A stretch of DNA of 61,065 nt from a virus (Duplodnaviria > Caudoviricetes), in IMG/VR virus record IMGVR_UViG_3300025767_000015, positions 1 to 61,065 of that record. The stretch is one strand, 5' to 3'. Under the pieces are notes generated by a model, which saw nothing but the letters and a program-made list of their open reading frames with translations, was not told where the DNA came from and made no database searches. A program made the position numbers and the translations under genes. Shown one piece after another: positions 40,401 to 49,410 of this stretch. Every line of letters begins with the position of its first letter. Position 1 is the first letter of the stretch.

Positions 40401-40427
40401 CTTTTGGCTAAAGCTACAGTACTTCAT
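31449..40427 (-). CDS. virion-packaged DNA-dependent RNA polymerase (crAss/phi14:2 gp66 type) with N-terminal zincin-like domain
   Basis: 2992 aa; GVRIPVQG and KSGGDFDVDKL catalytic DxDxD (nt 34071-34097); LGIVA and VDIAK motifs; YHEAWH..IEEELAEDF. Confidence 0.88.
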   Translation of the reverse strand: MKYCSFSQKNVTQAVNYTNKKLTEVYLDKDVNFSLKPFMKASYKDLLSIQTKDGTLLMTPEKAFTFVKSFPQLLTIAFTSKRFKKLLKPSIAEIADLEELLDGKNSAEKLIEYLGVTKTGEEFVSEEEKKRRAKEAQKRQQEEQNNKGKREEQAPQNYEVSSSLDPDTTANKESSFSPVSTAKGTAGQYIDDPIVKANGQFRRGIVREEVPNKSSLSPGQARQKVSISNSKYELRLVHGSTISEKDKVKPENGADLYSTAVVILYIDKQTGKPVRINSEGEVTEGGDYLAHSWFRRPSKVQKASEEAALLHADVYSTIMNDPSTEYTLQITGGYLGYAGDGVNKQQIAYLENQSGPLSINKIVIKDEQIVKRVTDEDGVVKEVPGVDAKGNPIMMSRMFLDIDGYDYLALVESNAIGFISNKIEGDTLFTDTVKLVSSALDPELVVDALNGWLQSENAPHVSIKDGRLFFSRKNKFVDELTEAEVSDIISKIFLNNVITLDNITIPKVVNDSIEFQSISREEFIRKYYRLNAATYFNSKGGQGLQTAHADIQYARDFSAVRQVTKAKVKQAKEDSTQLMLGFGQTKKTEAPQQSLTDKQKKEKQARIEKLRAKRAEIQERSERRISRGDLLNKLDSLSNAATAEEIKAAEEWWSTHPLSKFVPLNRAFGIANSGALATWGSNGITLYAGSNFTDAYHEAWHGFSQLVLTKEEKVSLYNEASKILGKKTFLEIEEELAEDFRKYMLSDGKRVLGKSKAINSIFKKILEMLKALFGNRSFIIKGLERTQAYDAVTEMYENLKSGNIVQERGAEWDNAMLITLNKGIELKDGTTISSANSRFVKESMDSAIVSIMEKMDADVNVLFEDLNNIELLYEEVKDNLELAKIDLELQLDELTLAEKDQVKQLELQESINILEDAIESYGSVSETKQAGSRFSTVSYHLQNSELMSVFSQTIENADEASELDDAETLDDLLEAYDKSGNEFSQLELMDKRVKLLLSTVPERTADGQVVRDRFGFPKIYSFGKVYNDVQTGLANVFTREELFDKLTALREENTKRKDSGRRYNNVYEHILDQIGAINSSDPIKQLLSGKLWQAFNLAFIANKQTFATDDAGTVKVVIKNPEGDTSRIKKQLQGRFANDNPNGVNYKEVLSKYEKEDLLRSGKLFAFIQDLGIPLQYTLELDAYLSRPEVVSNFQLLYADVKDNLIPILGKGATKITEPVKTLGKARKNKTKGIEYSGQYGTINSLLNYVLGLTPGMSISRKIAADGKNVYDLSLNSTQSQVVKAINQLQTKDEIESNKALSHLDPKTNPYVEASFWMKAMFPNGARPKSRAVELVIQSALGVFTERTAQKNANLTTSSKIISDLHSMFLSGYSEQFRASDKSTSYMLNVNGTIPGAIGAKKGLFIKASRKSIQPALSFFKAKLKADIKNALNNKDADTNIQRVGKELGLFSSIFSNEVEGLLSKDQVVTALIEEGQNFEDWYKENENAFANTLEAYFQGKVDALLNEVNYDKISNLINEDVAPDLELSQRENVEIVIRNMMINNWLINSEIAALFVGDLAQFKDANDFTKRYAVTSTGKLFDTGESIQEFINSQGNQYAEQVLGLKKSETKQYDGTGNTVILTDLDNNVSKDSSVLSSSFVETLIKYGEENNVPKEKIQALIDDYKNNYNEADAQAFITLDSYRQLAIASQSWDWKNHEPLYLKIVKAAAEGGEITIEDAIAAKKFFAVRKYQYYGPILNAEIAGKKAHATALHKYSLKPIIPTPKGQPKKAADVIHDAMVKSKVDYVVFESGSKVNNVHEKVQPYEFETNDQGQSIRKLKDEGQIATDFASNINVIHFNYLKDVTLVKDTFKSKATASSQLRNLLPVGIYENGQIIPGKEVAAEAYERYLDSMANYLNLELKKLEDVFAERNPESIRKVVERVKRDLNKRDASEEEIEAVDVLLQNGGNINALPNADRIETIIINIFNKRLVRTKLKGEALVQVSSAFMENLDAPSIGYSNDLRFYTYQSGSQKIIAAQAKIALQGDFVKLLAMSYKGKPIKTLARLNEAIKDEAWLSKGNNRRMITITGVRIPVQGHNSMEVLEIVEFLDPANGSAIVVPSELPVKSGGDFDVDKLTLFYPRINVKATVPQKTDRISKRNLGYLSPTQIEKLSKKYPAAGINSYTVDTVIDFIKDNEKKSIDSEYEGETVYTLDSQDMAILDILMAENLVPEIKYVVSLDKQGQGGAQNDMIQSITDIVLDKSNYLNLIKPNDVNQVRENSKSYNTLAGRNKAATADEATVGTALDYNFNVRKLKENSVGKRTLGIVAANNVIISLLSRIDQSLPKVIEGRDNGLFELNTKDLMLPVPKEGLGKNTDLEGQNLKTSIVEQLINGFVDIAKGAWVFNIGANYQSTPVLLSMIAAGVNYDYAVAMLNTPLMKRLFELKAEKKDPLFLLDDPLLGMSSPELQVLKEINFREDINWVWAHRWTKTILNQSNTAPTTEELLNDKDGELAYAMYLQAKPMLDQINSLLKATKVDTVKAASIQDSIQTVKGLDNLSDFTGPLAAIISDTSVQGIYERINRNMVSMLKDWFPVSAFDYSSFTENYQTFGKEQLMYMSKKNRSALFNKLNSHFKSYLYQNQNTTTFEDLKSGKSKLFYNSNIEFTGKIDTPVVFVEDSNTLLINSALLEQKFFDQKKSSFKSYEKENGVTFRFQGDFIIHEMQKAIIKGSRPESTDEEVTHRSLIRSKSIDVLFNANSNYNIAALFNSVKEEATSTADSDLIEKIRVYTEGSAVGLRMSYTIEDVAEYKEDLRKLSQGGGATAVFFRLLSERIAIQDNFESYEGSLMPYLLDRDLAVSASNALSSFTKMSDSQKKLIAQDFLSKFKRIQETRTYLGVQREVEPGAKSKTKVTIGDLTYDLSGAVTTDENSRYVATVMVNPEESLSLVIKFSKSGEIVELDPTATPKVHRDYGIEMGSKSDLAVKEEALENTILTDEEVLDAIKKCNIA

Positions 40428-40444
40428 TTTTATACTTTTATGAA

Positions 40445-43400
40445 TTAACAGATATCATCTGCAAATGGATCATCTACTGGATTATTGTCATAACTAGAAA
40501 GAATGCTTTCTGCATTGCTTTCTACAGTATCTGATACATTTTCTAAATCTTCATTTACTTCTTCAGTTACCTCTGGTACAGTTTGTTCAGTAGCATTAGC
40601 ATTTAAACTAGCCATCTTATTACTAATCATATCTCGTAATACTTTCTTTTGCTCATCTGTTAAAATAGATGAAGAGTCAACATCTAAACGTCTAGCTTCC
40701 AAGGTAGTAATTTTCTTGCTTCTATTGATTCTATTACTAAGAGTTTTAAATTCTTTTTCAGCTTCTTTACGCTCCTCTTCACTAATATCAGAGAACCCTT
40801 CTTCTATAGTTTCTCCTATATTTTCTACAACAACTTCTTCTACTTCTCTAAAACCTTTAGCAGCATCTCTAGCTTTTTGAAGTTCTACCTCTGTAACACT
40901 TCTACCAGGACCATTCATAAACTGAGAAAGAGTAGAAATACGTTCTTTTGGATTTGCAGTTCTATATTTAGTATACTCCTCATTAAGCTTAGATAAAAGA
41001 CCCTTTAGTACTTCTGGCTGATCTTTAAATTCTTTTCTGATCTGAGCTTCTTCATAAGTTATTTGCTCAGGAGTTTCTTCTTCTACAGCTTCTACTTCTG
41101 GAGTTTCCTCTACTTCTTCTACAGTTTCTTCTGCTTCACCTTTAAGTTTTTCTTCTGCGTCTTTCTTAGCTTCTTCTTGAAGTAAGTTGTAACGATCAAA
41201 AATATCTTGAATCTTATCCCATGTTTCAGTGCCTTCTATTACTTGAGATTCTAAGTTTACATCATCACTATTAGGATCTGCTAAAAACTTAGTAGGAATA
41301 ATACCTTCATTTACAAACTTAAACAAGCTGCTTTCAGATTCTGGTATACTTGCATCAGTAATACTTTCATTAAATATTACCACTCCTATATCAGCAAGGT
41401 CTTCTAAAACATCTTTACGATCTTGAACAGTAGCACCATTTAATGCTGCAAACTGATCTGCAAGATTTACTGCAAATAAATCAAACAACTGCTTATTAAT
41501 CTCTAAGAAAAACTTACGGAAATTTTCTGGATCAGATAAATTTGTTACAGCCTGGTTAAAAGCTGTATTCATTTCTTCTACTCTATTGTAGTCTACAATC
41601 TGCTTAAGAAGCTTTTCTGCTTTAAGACCATCTACAGACGAGTTAGTCTTATTACCATAGTAGTTAAGTACATTTTTAAGAGCCAAAGATAATTCCTTGT
41701 ACCCTTCAACTTTATTTAAATCTGCTCTACCTTTTACAGCTTCAAGATTTGTTTTAAATTGATTAAAGGCTTTTTCATATGTACTAAAGACAGCTTCTTT
41801 TTTAGCTACATCTGATAACTGTTGTTCTGCTGCTTTTATAGCTTTGTCATTAGAAACTTTATCTTCTTTAGTTTCTGTTTCTGCACCCTTTAAATTAGCA
41901 ACTTGAGCAGTAAGAGCAGCTTTTTCATCAGCTAATCTTTTTAATTCACTTTCCAAAGTAAAACTTAAACCCTTGTTATCAGCACTAATGTTAAATAGTG
42001 GGCTGACATCTGAAGCTAGCATTGAAGCTACAGCAGGATCATCAGATGCGGCTTCTGCTATTTCAGAAAGTCTTTCTAGTGATCTCTTATCATTGTGGTA
42101 AGAGTATACTAGTGTTTGTTTAGCAAGTTCAAAAGCCCCTGCAGCTATCTGCATTTCTTTTCTTTCTTCACCTGTAATATTAGGATCTAATAAAGCATCT
42201 GCATAATAATTACCGTAAGTCTTATCTACATAAGCTTGTGTACCTACAATGCTTTTAGTTCTTTTAGTTATATCATCAATAACTTTTTCTGCAGCAGCTC
42301 TGTTTTCTGCAGGTATAGCTTGTAATAACTCTTCATCAGATAGCTGTTTATGATTATCTAAAGCCTCTAAGAAGTTATCTACAATCCCTTTTTGAGATAG
42401 TGCCGATATGTAGGTAAATAAAGATTCATCTTTAATAGATTCAAATGCCATACGGTCATCTAACTCTAAAGCTATACTCATACCTTTTTGTGCATCAGCT
42501 TGAGCTTTTAATGTAACCAGTTCTGGAGCTAATGCTTCAATTACGTTAGCACCTTCAGAGTTAATTAAGTTTACAAGATCAGAATTAAAGTTTTTATCTT
42601 TTTCTAAAGATGCTTCATATTTTTCTAAAGCACTTTTATTAACCTTACGGTATCCAGCTTCTATAGCTTCTCTACCAGCTTGAATAACATTACCTCCACC
42701 AGATATTATACCACCACCTAAGAAACCTCCTAAAAATGCTTCTAAACCTTGTTGTGAAACTTGTGCTGCAAGACCGCTAGCTATTTCTTTTTTAGCTAGC
42801 TTCATTCCTGCTATTTCAGGACGCAAATAAGTTTTAGCAAAATAATCTTCAATAGCTTTAGATGCAGACTCTTGATAAATTTCTTGAACCCCTTCACTAA
42901 TATTTGCAGAGAAATATGAGCCTAGACTACCTAATGCATATCTAGCCATGTCTTTATCAGTAAACATTTTTACAAATGCTTGCCCCCTACTTAATTCTTG
43001 AGCTGTTACATTCAAGCCTACACCAGCTGCTTTACCTCCAGCTTTTTCTCCAGCCTTTGTTGTAATAGTACTGTAAACACTTTTAGATTTACCTGCACGC
43101 ACTTTCATAGTCTTAGCAGCATTACCATAAGGTAGTGCCAAACTATTAAATGTTATATTATTAGTAAGATATATAAATGGAAGGTTAGCCCAGTAATCTA
43201 CATTACCAGCTTCTGTAGCTTGGTTATCCATTGATGCTAGTATTTCACCTGATGGCATAAAACCATTAGCAGCAACATACTCACTTACTAATCTATCTTT
43301 AATACCCTGTCTTACACCTGATGCTTCAACCATTGACTCATCATTAGATAGTCCCGCAATTCTTAAATCACGATAGACAGCACCAAATCCTTTTATACTT

Positions 43401-44323
43401 GCCAAACTAGCAACAGCATCTGCAGCCTTACCTGCAGAAGTAGCAGCCTTAGATTGAGTAGACGCTCCTTTAATAAAGTTATAAGTATTAGGAGTAAATG
43501 CTCTAGTTAAAGCGTTTCCTGTATCTGCAACTCTATTATAAATTTGTTTAGCAGAAAGTGCATCTCTAAGCTTGTCTACATTTTTAAGTGTTTCAAAAGT
43601 TCCTTTAACAGCTTTACCAAAACCTTTTACAGTTCTGACACCAGCCATAGTTAATGAACCACCCAAAGTTTCTGGTGCAACTGCTGCCAACAATAAATCT
43701 TCTGCAGCAATAGCTCCTATAATACCTAAAGTATAATTCATATTATACCCAAGGTTAACAGCCATCTGACCTAATCCTCCTCTAGTAGACATTGCCATTT
43801 TAGCTGAGTGAGTCATAAGCTCCCCCTTATCATACGCAATATTACTAGGATCAAGTGTACCAGAATTACCAAACATTCTTAGACCCCCTCCAAAATTATC
43901 TAAGAATACTTCACCCATTACAGGGAAAAAGTATTTAGAAGCCCTAACAAAGTCTCCAGTCCACGCTGTATTAGCGTTATAAAAACTTTCATTATCTTTT
44001 AAAGTAGAAAACCCAAGCCTTGAATAAGCTGGGTGAGAAGTATATCTTTCAACATTCTGAGCCTCCTTATTAAATGCTAAAGTCTTTTGCTTAGCATAAG
44101 TAGGAGCCATATCTATCACAGGTTTTTGAGTACCTGCTGGCATGTTAGCACTAATATTTAATAAGCTTCCTGTATTAGTAGGAGCCACATTATCAAATGC
44201 TCTAACATTAAAGTTTATGTCTTCTGCTTTTTGCTGAGTACCCTGCAATAAGGAAGATTGAAACTTAGCTGCATCTTTGTAAGCATTATTACCAAATGAC
44301 AAAGACTTATCCTGATCTTCCAT
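40445..44323 (-). CDS. large ejection protein with Gly/Ala-rich hydrophobic segments
   Basis: 1292 aa; TLGIIGAIAAEDLLLAAV, EGVQEIYQ, AFLGGFLGGGIISGGG; position upstream of the RNAP. Confidence 0.7.
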   Translation of the reverse strand: MEDQDKSLSFGNNAYKDAAKFQSSLLQGTQQKAEDINFNVRAFDNVAPTNTGSLLNISANMPAGTQKPVIDMAPTYAKQKTLAFNKEAQNVERYTSHPAYSRLGFSTLKDNESFYNANTAWTGDFVRASKYFFPVMGEVFLDNFGGGLRMFGNSGTLDPSNIAYDKGELMTHSAKMAMSTRGGLGQMAVNLGYNMNYTLGIIGAIAAEDLLLAAVAPETLGGSLTMAGVRTVKGFGKAVKGTFETLKNVDKLRDALSAKQIYNRVADTGNALTRAFTPNTYNFIKGASTQSKAATSAGKAADAVASLASIKGFGAVYRDLRIAGLSNDESMVEASGVRQGIKDRLVSEYVAANGFMPSGEILASMDNQATEAGNVDYWANLPFIYLTNNITFNSLALPYGNAAKTMKVRAGKSKSVYSTITTKAGEKAGGKAAGVGLNVTAQELSRGQAFVKMFTDKDMARYALGSLGSYFSANISEGVQEIYQESASKAIEDYFAKTYLRPEIAGMKLAKKEIASGLAAQVSQQGLEAFLGGFLGGGIISGGGNVIQAGREAIEAGYRKVNKSALEKYEASLEKDKNFNSDLVNLINSEGANVIEALAPELVTLKAQADAQKGMSIALELDDRMAFESIKDESLFTYISALSQKGIVDNFLEALDNHKQLSDEELLQAIPAENRAAAEKVIDDITKRTKSIVGTQAYVDKTYGNYYADALLDPNITGEERKEMQIAAGAFELAKQTLVYSYHNDKRSLERLSEIAEAASDDPAVASMLASDVSPLFNISADNKGLSFTLESELKRLADEKAALTAQVANLKGAETETKEDKVSNDKAIKAAEQQLSDVAKKEAVFSTYEKAFNQFKTNLEAVKGRADLNKVEGYKELSLALKNVLNYYGNKTNSSVDGLKAEKLLKQIVDYNRVEEMNTAFNQAVTNLSDPENFRKFFLEINKQLFDLFAVNLADQFAALNGATVQDRKDVLEDLADIGVVIFNESITDASIPESESSLFKFVNEGIIPTKFLADPNSDDVNLESQVIEGTETWDKIQDIFDRYNLLQEEAKKDAEEKLKGEAEETVEEVEETPEVEAVEEETPEQITYEEAQIRKEFKDQPEVLKGLLSKLNEEYTKYRTANPKERISTLSQFMNGPGRSVTEVELQKARDAAKGFREVEEVVVENIGETIEEGFSDISEEERKEAEKEFKTLSNRINRSKKITTLEARRLDVDSSSILTDEQKKVLRDMISNKMASLNANATEQTVPEVTEEVNEDLENVSDTVESNAESILSSYDNNPVDDPFADDIC

Positions 44324-44327
44324 GGAA

Positions 44328-47300
44328 TTACCTATTTAATTCATCCGTACTATATACAGCACCGTTATCTTCATTATATAATCTTTCAGCCTCCTCTTGG
44401 TTAGCTTCAAAAAGCATTAACTCATTATATAGATTTTGACTAAGATATCTGTAATTTATTGGATTTGCTACTAGGCTAGATGGAGATTCATAAGTTACAG
44501 TTCTATATTTTCCTGTCTTAGGATTAAATTCTTTTTGAGTAGAAGTGTAATTTAAAAGTTTATTTTCAGCATCATATTCTATACGAACTGCATTATTATT
44601 TAACTGAATAGTTTCTATTCCATTTGTTGTTAATGCCGTAAAATTTTCAATGTCTTCTGAAACAGGTAAATTCATCATACCTGCTACACCTTCTGGTATA
44701 AACAAAGTAGCTTTACTATTATTACCATCAACACTAAATTTAAAACCAGGATCATCAGCAGTACTAGATACTCCTTGCAACCATCCTGTATTATAATTTA
44801 TCTCTACGATTGCACCTGATTGATCATTTCCAAAGTCAACAGCAGATAACACTTTAAATGTAGCTCTTGGATCAGATGTTGCTGTAGAAGTTTTAGCGTC
44901 ATTTTTAACTTTAATGTCCTGATAGAATCTACTAAAAACAGAATAAGACATTCTTTCTTGATTCTTATCTCCTTTAATCTTACCTTTTTTAAAGGCTTCT
45001 GCTTTTTCAGGATTAAATTCTCCAGATGATATCACAATATCTCCTGACTCTAAATATCTATTTAAAGTTGCCAGCATTACTTGTTGCTCTACCTGTGCTG
45101 TTTTATTAGGTAAAGCAGAATTTGGTGCAACATCAAGATTACTAGAAATAATTTCTATAGCATCAGGAGCACCGTCTAAAATAACAGCAGTAGGATTAAG
45201 CATACTTACTGCAGATTGAGATGCAGGATCTCTTTTATAAAAGTCTTCCACTAAAGTTAATGCTTGATCATAAAATTTACCAAGACGTCTAGTTGATTTA
45301 ATACCTTCTCTTGCTTCTAAACCTACAATACTTTGTGGATTTTCTCGTGCGTCTTTTATATAAGGCCTAAGTAGTTCACTTCTTTTATTATCTGATAAAT
45401 TTTCCCATGCTGTTCTGTAACCTATTATTTCACCTCTATCGTTTTTTATAGATACTTGTTTTTCGTCAGGTGGTAAAGAGTTCATGTAATCAGCTTTAGC
45501 TAACTTTTCACTAGCCTCTAGTATATCATTAAACGAAGGTTTAATAGGAGTATTACTAAGATTCAAAACTTGTTCTGCTACAATGGGATCTATGTCACCT
45601 GCTTTATAAGCATCCAACACATTTTTTTCAAATTGTTTTTTACTTTCAATTCCAGTTTCTGAATCATACATGTAACGAACTAACGGTGCTGTACTAGCCA
45701 TAGCATCATTTGAATTTAAAGCAATTTCTGCCTCTACATTCTTAAATGAATTACTATAAGATTGAGCTACCGTACTTTCTGCTTTTATGTAAGCAGCTTC
45801 TTTTCCTTTCCATTTATTTAAAGCTTGTTTTACTTGAGGATACTCTGAAGCTAGTATACCTTCTTTATCAAGCTTATTAAAAAAGTCTAAAACTCTCTGT
45901 GTTTCTTGACCAGCTAACTCAGATTCACTAGTTCTTTCCCACCACGCAGATGCAGATGTAACATCTCTAATACCAGTATTAGGTATTTTTTCAGTTGTCA
46001 TTTCATCCGGGTGCTTCGTATTGTAAAGCTTAGTATAAGTACCAATTAAATCTACAAGATCTTTATTAAGTTTTACTTGTTTTTGTTTTAAAGCATTTTC
46101 ATTAGTCTCAACTACAGTTACATCTGTATCTGTATCAGAAATATATGTAATGGGTGCAGTATCACTACCCGGTAATAAACCCTGACTAACAGAAGGAGAA
46201 TCTGAACCGCTACCTGTAGATTTATCTTTTCTAGCATCTACCCACTTACCATAGTTAGGTGTAGCTTTATAGCCAATGCTATAATCTTGCATAGCATAAT
46301 CTGTAGCAGCAGCATTTAGGTCAGTCTCATATGCAGCTTTACCCGCTGTTCTGTATAGGGAGCTTATATCTTGTATAGCAATACTCACTTGCTTAGACTC
46401 GTCTACTATAGATTTATGCTCTTGACTAAATCCAGCTTCTTCTGCTGTAATCTTTAAATATTCCATATGTTCTTTAGAACCTGGAATAATACCAACCTTT
46501 GTAGCCTTGCTTTCGTAGACTCTTTTCTTAGCGTTATTAACTGTCCTTGCTTCTTCTAACTTAGCTTTTTTATTAGCTGCTACTGAAGGATCTATAGTAG
46601 ATTGATACTTATCTGTTACTTGTGCTAAAGCAGCTTGATAACCAACTTGAGGAATTAGTTCTTGTAGTTCAGATTGAACTTGAATATAACCCTGCTGCTG
46701 ATAATACTCTTGAATGTAAGGGTCGTTATTAAATACGTTAGCTAGTCTGCTGTAAGCTAATGGAGTAATCTCTTTACCATTAGTTTCTGTTACCATAAAA
46801 GGCATAAGATTACCAGCAGCATCTGTTGGTTTAGATTCTCTTTTAAGGCTAAACCCATTTTTTTTAGCAATCTCTAAATACCTTTCAAATAGATTGATAT
46901 TATCTACAAATGATAAACTTTGAGATGCCATGCTCTTACGAGTTTCAGCATCTGACATTTTAAACTCTTCAAGTTTTAGTTGAGCAAAAATGTTGTTGTT
47001 AGCATTATATCTAGCACGGTCTTCTGAATCAGAACTGTTTTTAAAATTAGCATTAGCCTGCATTAAGGCCGTAGCTTTAGACGTAAACGTTGCATCTGCC
47101 ATAATATTTTCATCCTGCAATAAAGGATTAAATATTTGTCTTGCAGCTATTACATTTTCTTCTAAACTTAAATCTACAGAAGCTAGCTTTTGTATTTGAT
47201 TTTGAGCATCTTTAATAAACTGATCTTTCTTAGCAATATTGCTTTCATCAGTAAGAGGCAAGTTGGCAATTGTAGAGTAGGCTTGACTTACAGCCATTCT

Positions 47301-47417
47301 ACCTTGATTGTAACGTTCTTGTTTAACGCTTAACCAATTTTCCATCAATTCAAAATTTGGAGTATAAAGCTCCAAGTCTGGAATGTTACCTTGTATATTG
47401 GGAATAAATGTTGCCAT
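44328..47417 (-). CDS. large virion/cargo protein
   Basis: 1029 aa; first gene of the giant-gene unit, with its own promoter-like motif. Confidence 0.7.
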   Translation of the reverse strand: MATFIPNIQGNIPDLELYTPNFELMENWLSVKQERYNQGRMAVSQAYSTIANLPLTDESNIAKKDQFIKDAQNQIQKLASVDLSLEENVIAARQIFNPLLQDENIMADATFTSKATALMQANANFKNSSDSEDRARYNANNNIFAQLKLEEFKMSDAETRKSMASQSLSFVDNINLFERYLEIAKKNGFSLKRESKPTDAAGNLMPFMVTETNGKEITPLAYSRLANVFNNDPYIQEYYQQQGYIQVQSELQELIPQVGYQAALAQVTDKYQSTIDPSVAANKKAKLEEARTVNNAKKRVYESKATKVGIIPGSKEHMEYLKITAEEAGFSQEHKSIVDESKQVSIAIQDISSLYRTAGKAAYETDLNAAATDYAMQDYSIGYKATPNYGKWVDARKDKSTGSGSDSPSVSQGLLPGSDTAPITYISDTDTDVTVVETNENALKQKQVKLNKDLVDLIGTYTKLYNTKHPDEMTTEKIPNTGIRDVTSASAWWERTSESELAGQETQRVLDFFNKLDKEGILASEYPQVKQALNKWKGKEAAYIKAESTVAQSYSNSFKNVEAEIALNSNDAMASTAPLVRYMYDSETGIESKKQFEKNVLDAYKAGDIDPIVAEQVLNLSNTPIKPSFNDILEASEKLAKADYMNSLPPDEKQVSIKNDRGEIIGYRTAWENLSDNKRSELLRPYIKDARENPQSIVGLEAREGIKSTRRLGKFYDQALTLVEDFYKRDPASQSAVSMLNPTAVILDGAPDAIEIISSNLDVAPNSALPNKTAQVEQQVMLATLNRYLESGDIVISSGEFNPEKAEAFKKGKIKGDKNQERMSYSVFSRFYQDIKVKNDAKTSTATSDPRATFKVLSAVDFGNDQSGAIVEINYNTGWLQGVSSTADDPGFKFSVDGNNSKATLFIPEGVAGMMNLPVSEDIENFTALTTNGIETIQLNNNAVRIEYDAENKLLNYTSTQKEFNPKTGKYRTVTYESPSSLVANPINYRYLSQNLYNELMLFEANQEEAERLYNEDNGAVYSTDELNR

Positions 47418-47429
47418 ACTTCTATATTA

Positions 47430-47441
47430 TAATATAGTAAA
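47430..47441 (-). promoter_or_regulatory. putative late promoter TTTACTATATTA
   Basis: Motif variant 13 nt upstream of ATG 47417. Confidence 0.5.
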
Positions 47442-47475
47442 AAATTTCTAGAGTTTAATACACCTAAAAAGTTTA

Positions 47476-49410
47476 TTACCTCTTTATAAATTTACTTAAA
47501 TTAAATGAACTGTAACCTTGACCCCCTTTACTTTTTTTAGACTGCTCTTTAGTTCTAGGCATATTGCCTGCAATATTTTGCTGCAGCTTCATGTAGTCAG
47601 CTATTTCATCTTCATCAATAAGAACTTGACCTGTAGGAGATACAAAATATCCTTGCTCTGTATATGGGTTAATAGCAGCGTTAGGATACATATCAGACAA
47701 CATTGCAGTTTCTCTAGGGTTAGATATAAATCTATTTAAAGACTTAGCTAGCAAAGCTCTTCTTTGATTATCCTGTGCAGCTTTAGATTCATTAACTGTA
47801 GCAGTATCTATTCTTTGCTGTCTATTTTGACCAGCATTAAACTCAGATACTTTATTTAAAAACTCAGTATTAAATAATTCAAACTTATTAGCAATTTGAG
47901 CATTAGCATTTGAATATCTGGCTAAAGTATTAGCTTGATTAGCTGCAAGTTTACCTTGCATTAATGATAAATTAGCTCCAAGATTTTGACCTCTTCCTTG
48001 TAAAGCAAGAGCTTGTGCATTTATTGCACCTACCTCTTGATTAGCTTGTAACTCTCTCTCAGGATCCAAGAATACAGGGTCAACTAAATTAGGTTGTAAC
48101 CTTTGAGTATAACCATACTCCATAGGAGTTCTCATCATAGCAGCAGCAGCTACATTAACTCCATCTTCTAAGAAGTAACCTCCAGGTTCATTTTCAACTT
48201 CAATATACTCTGGAGTACCTGGTGCAATAGGCTCTTCTGCTGGCACTTCTTCTGCAGGTGCTAGAGATAATAAAGTCTTAGCAGTGTTGTCACCATATAA
48301 ACCATCGTCTTTAGATAAAGCACCTTCTTCACCAGTAGCAGTAAACTGCATTCTTTGTACTATATCATTATCTGCAAAATCAGGATTATATTTAAAATCT
48401 GCTAAAGTAAGTGCTGCAAATTGAGCTAGTTTAATGTCTTTTTCTGAAAGAGAGTTTAGGTCTAAATCTTTAGTAGCTTTTTTATAAGCAGCATTTCTAC
48501 CAACCTTATTGTATCTATCCCAAGATTCTTCATCAATATTTAAACCTTTGTCTCTAAACGTATAGTTCTGCTTTTGCATGTTCATGAGAGCATCTCTCAT
48601 CTCTTGCTTAGTAGCTTTACTTTTAGGATTTTTAGTTTTGTAGTTTTTATAAGTAGCATCTAACAGCTGAGAAAACTCATCAGTATTAATTAAGTTTTCA
48701 AAGTCTTCATAGTTTTTTGTAAACTCACCAGCAGTTTGATACTTGTATTTCTGACCACCCTTGCCGTAAGTCTCCTTACCATACCCAGCCATCATATCTG
48801 CCATCATATCACGCTGTTCTATTTCAGCGTTAATCATTTCAACTTGCTCAGGTGTGACACCATTACGATTTAAATACGGTAAAGCAATTTCAGGAATACC
48901 TCCTTCAAAATCTTTCTTAGATTCTTGTACCATTGCTAACTCCCCTAGCTTAGTAAGTTTAGCTTGAATGTTTCTTTCAGCTGTAGATTTAGCCATCTTA
49001 TCAGCATCAGCATCTTTTAAAACTTTATTCTCTTCACTAATGTCAAACTTTTTAAGACTTGCAATAGCAGCAGGAGTCATAGATTTCTTACTAGTATTAG
49101 TAAACTTTTTAAGATCTTCTCCTTTTAATGACATAGATTTATGATCACTAAAAATAAATGACTTTGGAGGAAGATTAAGAGGAGTACCCCCTTGGCTGTG
49201 TTTCTTACCACCAATCTTATAGTGCTCAGGTATACTGTTATTATCAAGATCTGCTACAACAGTCTCTCCCTTTTCTGCTTCTAAATTAGCCGCAGCTCTA
49301 GAAGTAGGATTTAAAACAGGTTGCCCTCCCTTTTCCATTGACTTAACAATTTTACCATTAGGCAATCTTTTAAATCCTTCAGGTAATTTATTGATCTTAA
49401 TCTTTTTCAT
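47476..49410 (-). CDS. virion cargo/structural protein
   Basis: 644 aa; NLEAEKGE..GGKKHSQGG..FIFSD motif; Q/N/A-rich helical C-terminus. Confidence 0.7.
   Translation of the reverse strand: MKKIKINKLPEGFKRLPNGKIVKSMEKGGQPVLNPTSRAAANLEAEKGETVVADLDNNSIPEHYKIGGKKHSQGGTPLNLPPKSFIFSDHKSMSLKGEDLKKFTNTSKKSMTPAAIASLKKFDISEENKVLKDADADKMAKSTAERNIQAKLTKLGELAMVQESKKDFEGGIPEIALPYLNRNGVTPEQVEMINAEIEQRDMMADMMAGYGKETYGKGGQKYKYQTAGEFTKNYEDFENLINTDEFSQLLDATYKNYKTKNPKSKATKQEMRDALMNMQKQNYTFRDKGLNIDEESWDRYNKVGRNAAYKKATKDLDLNSLSEKDIKLAQFAALTLADFKYNPDFADNDIVQRMQFTATGEEGALSKDDGLYGDNTAKTLLSLAPAEEVPAEEPIAPGTPEYIEVENEPGGYFLEDGVNVAAAAMMRTPMEYGYTQRLQPNLVDPVFLDPERELQANQEVGAINAQALALQGRGQNLGANLSLMQGKLAANQANTLARYSNANAQIANKFELFNTEFLNKVSEFNAGQNRQQRIDTATVNESKAAQDNQRRALLAKSLNRFISNPRETAMLSDMYPNAAINPYTEQGYFVSPTGQVLIDEDEIADYMKLQQNIAGNMPRTKEQSKKSKGGQGYSSFNLSKFIKR

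Noticed and set aside
41040-41180. Low-complexity E/V/T-rich repeats (EETVEEVEETPEVEAVEEETPE)
   Set aside because: Ordinary acidic linker within a coding region, not a DNA-level repeat element.
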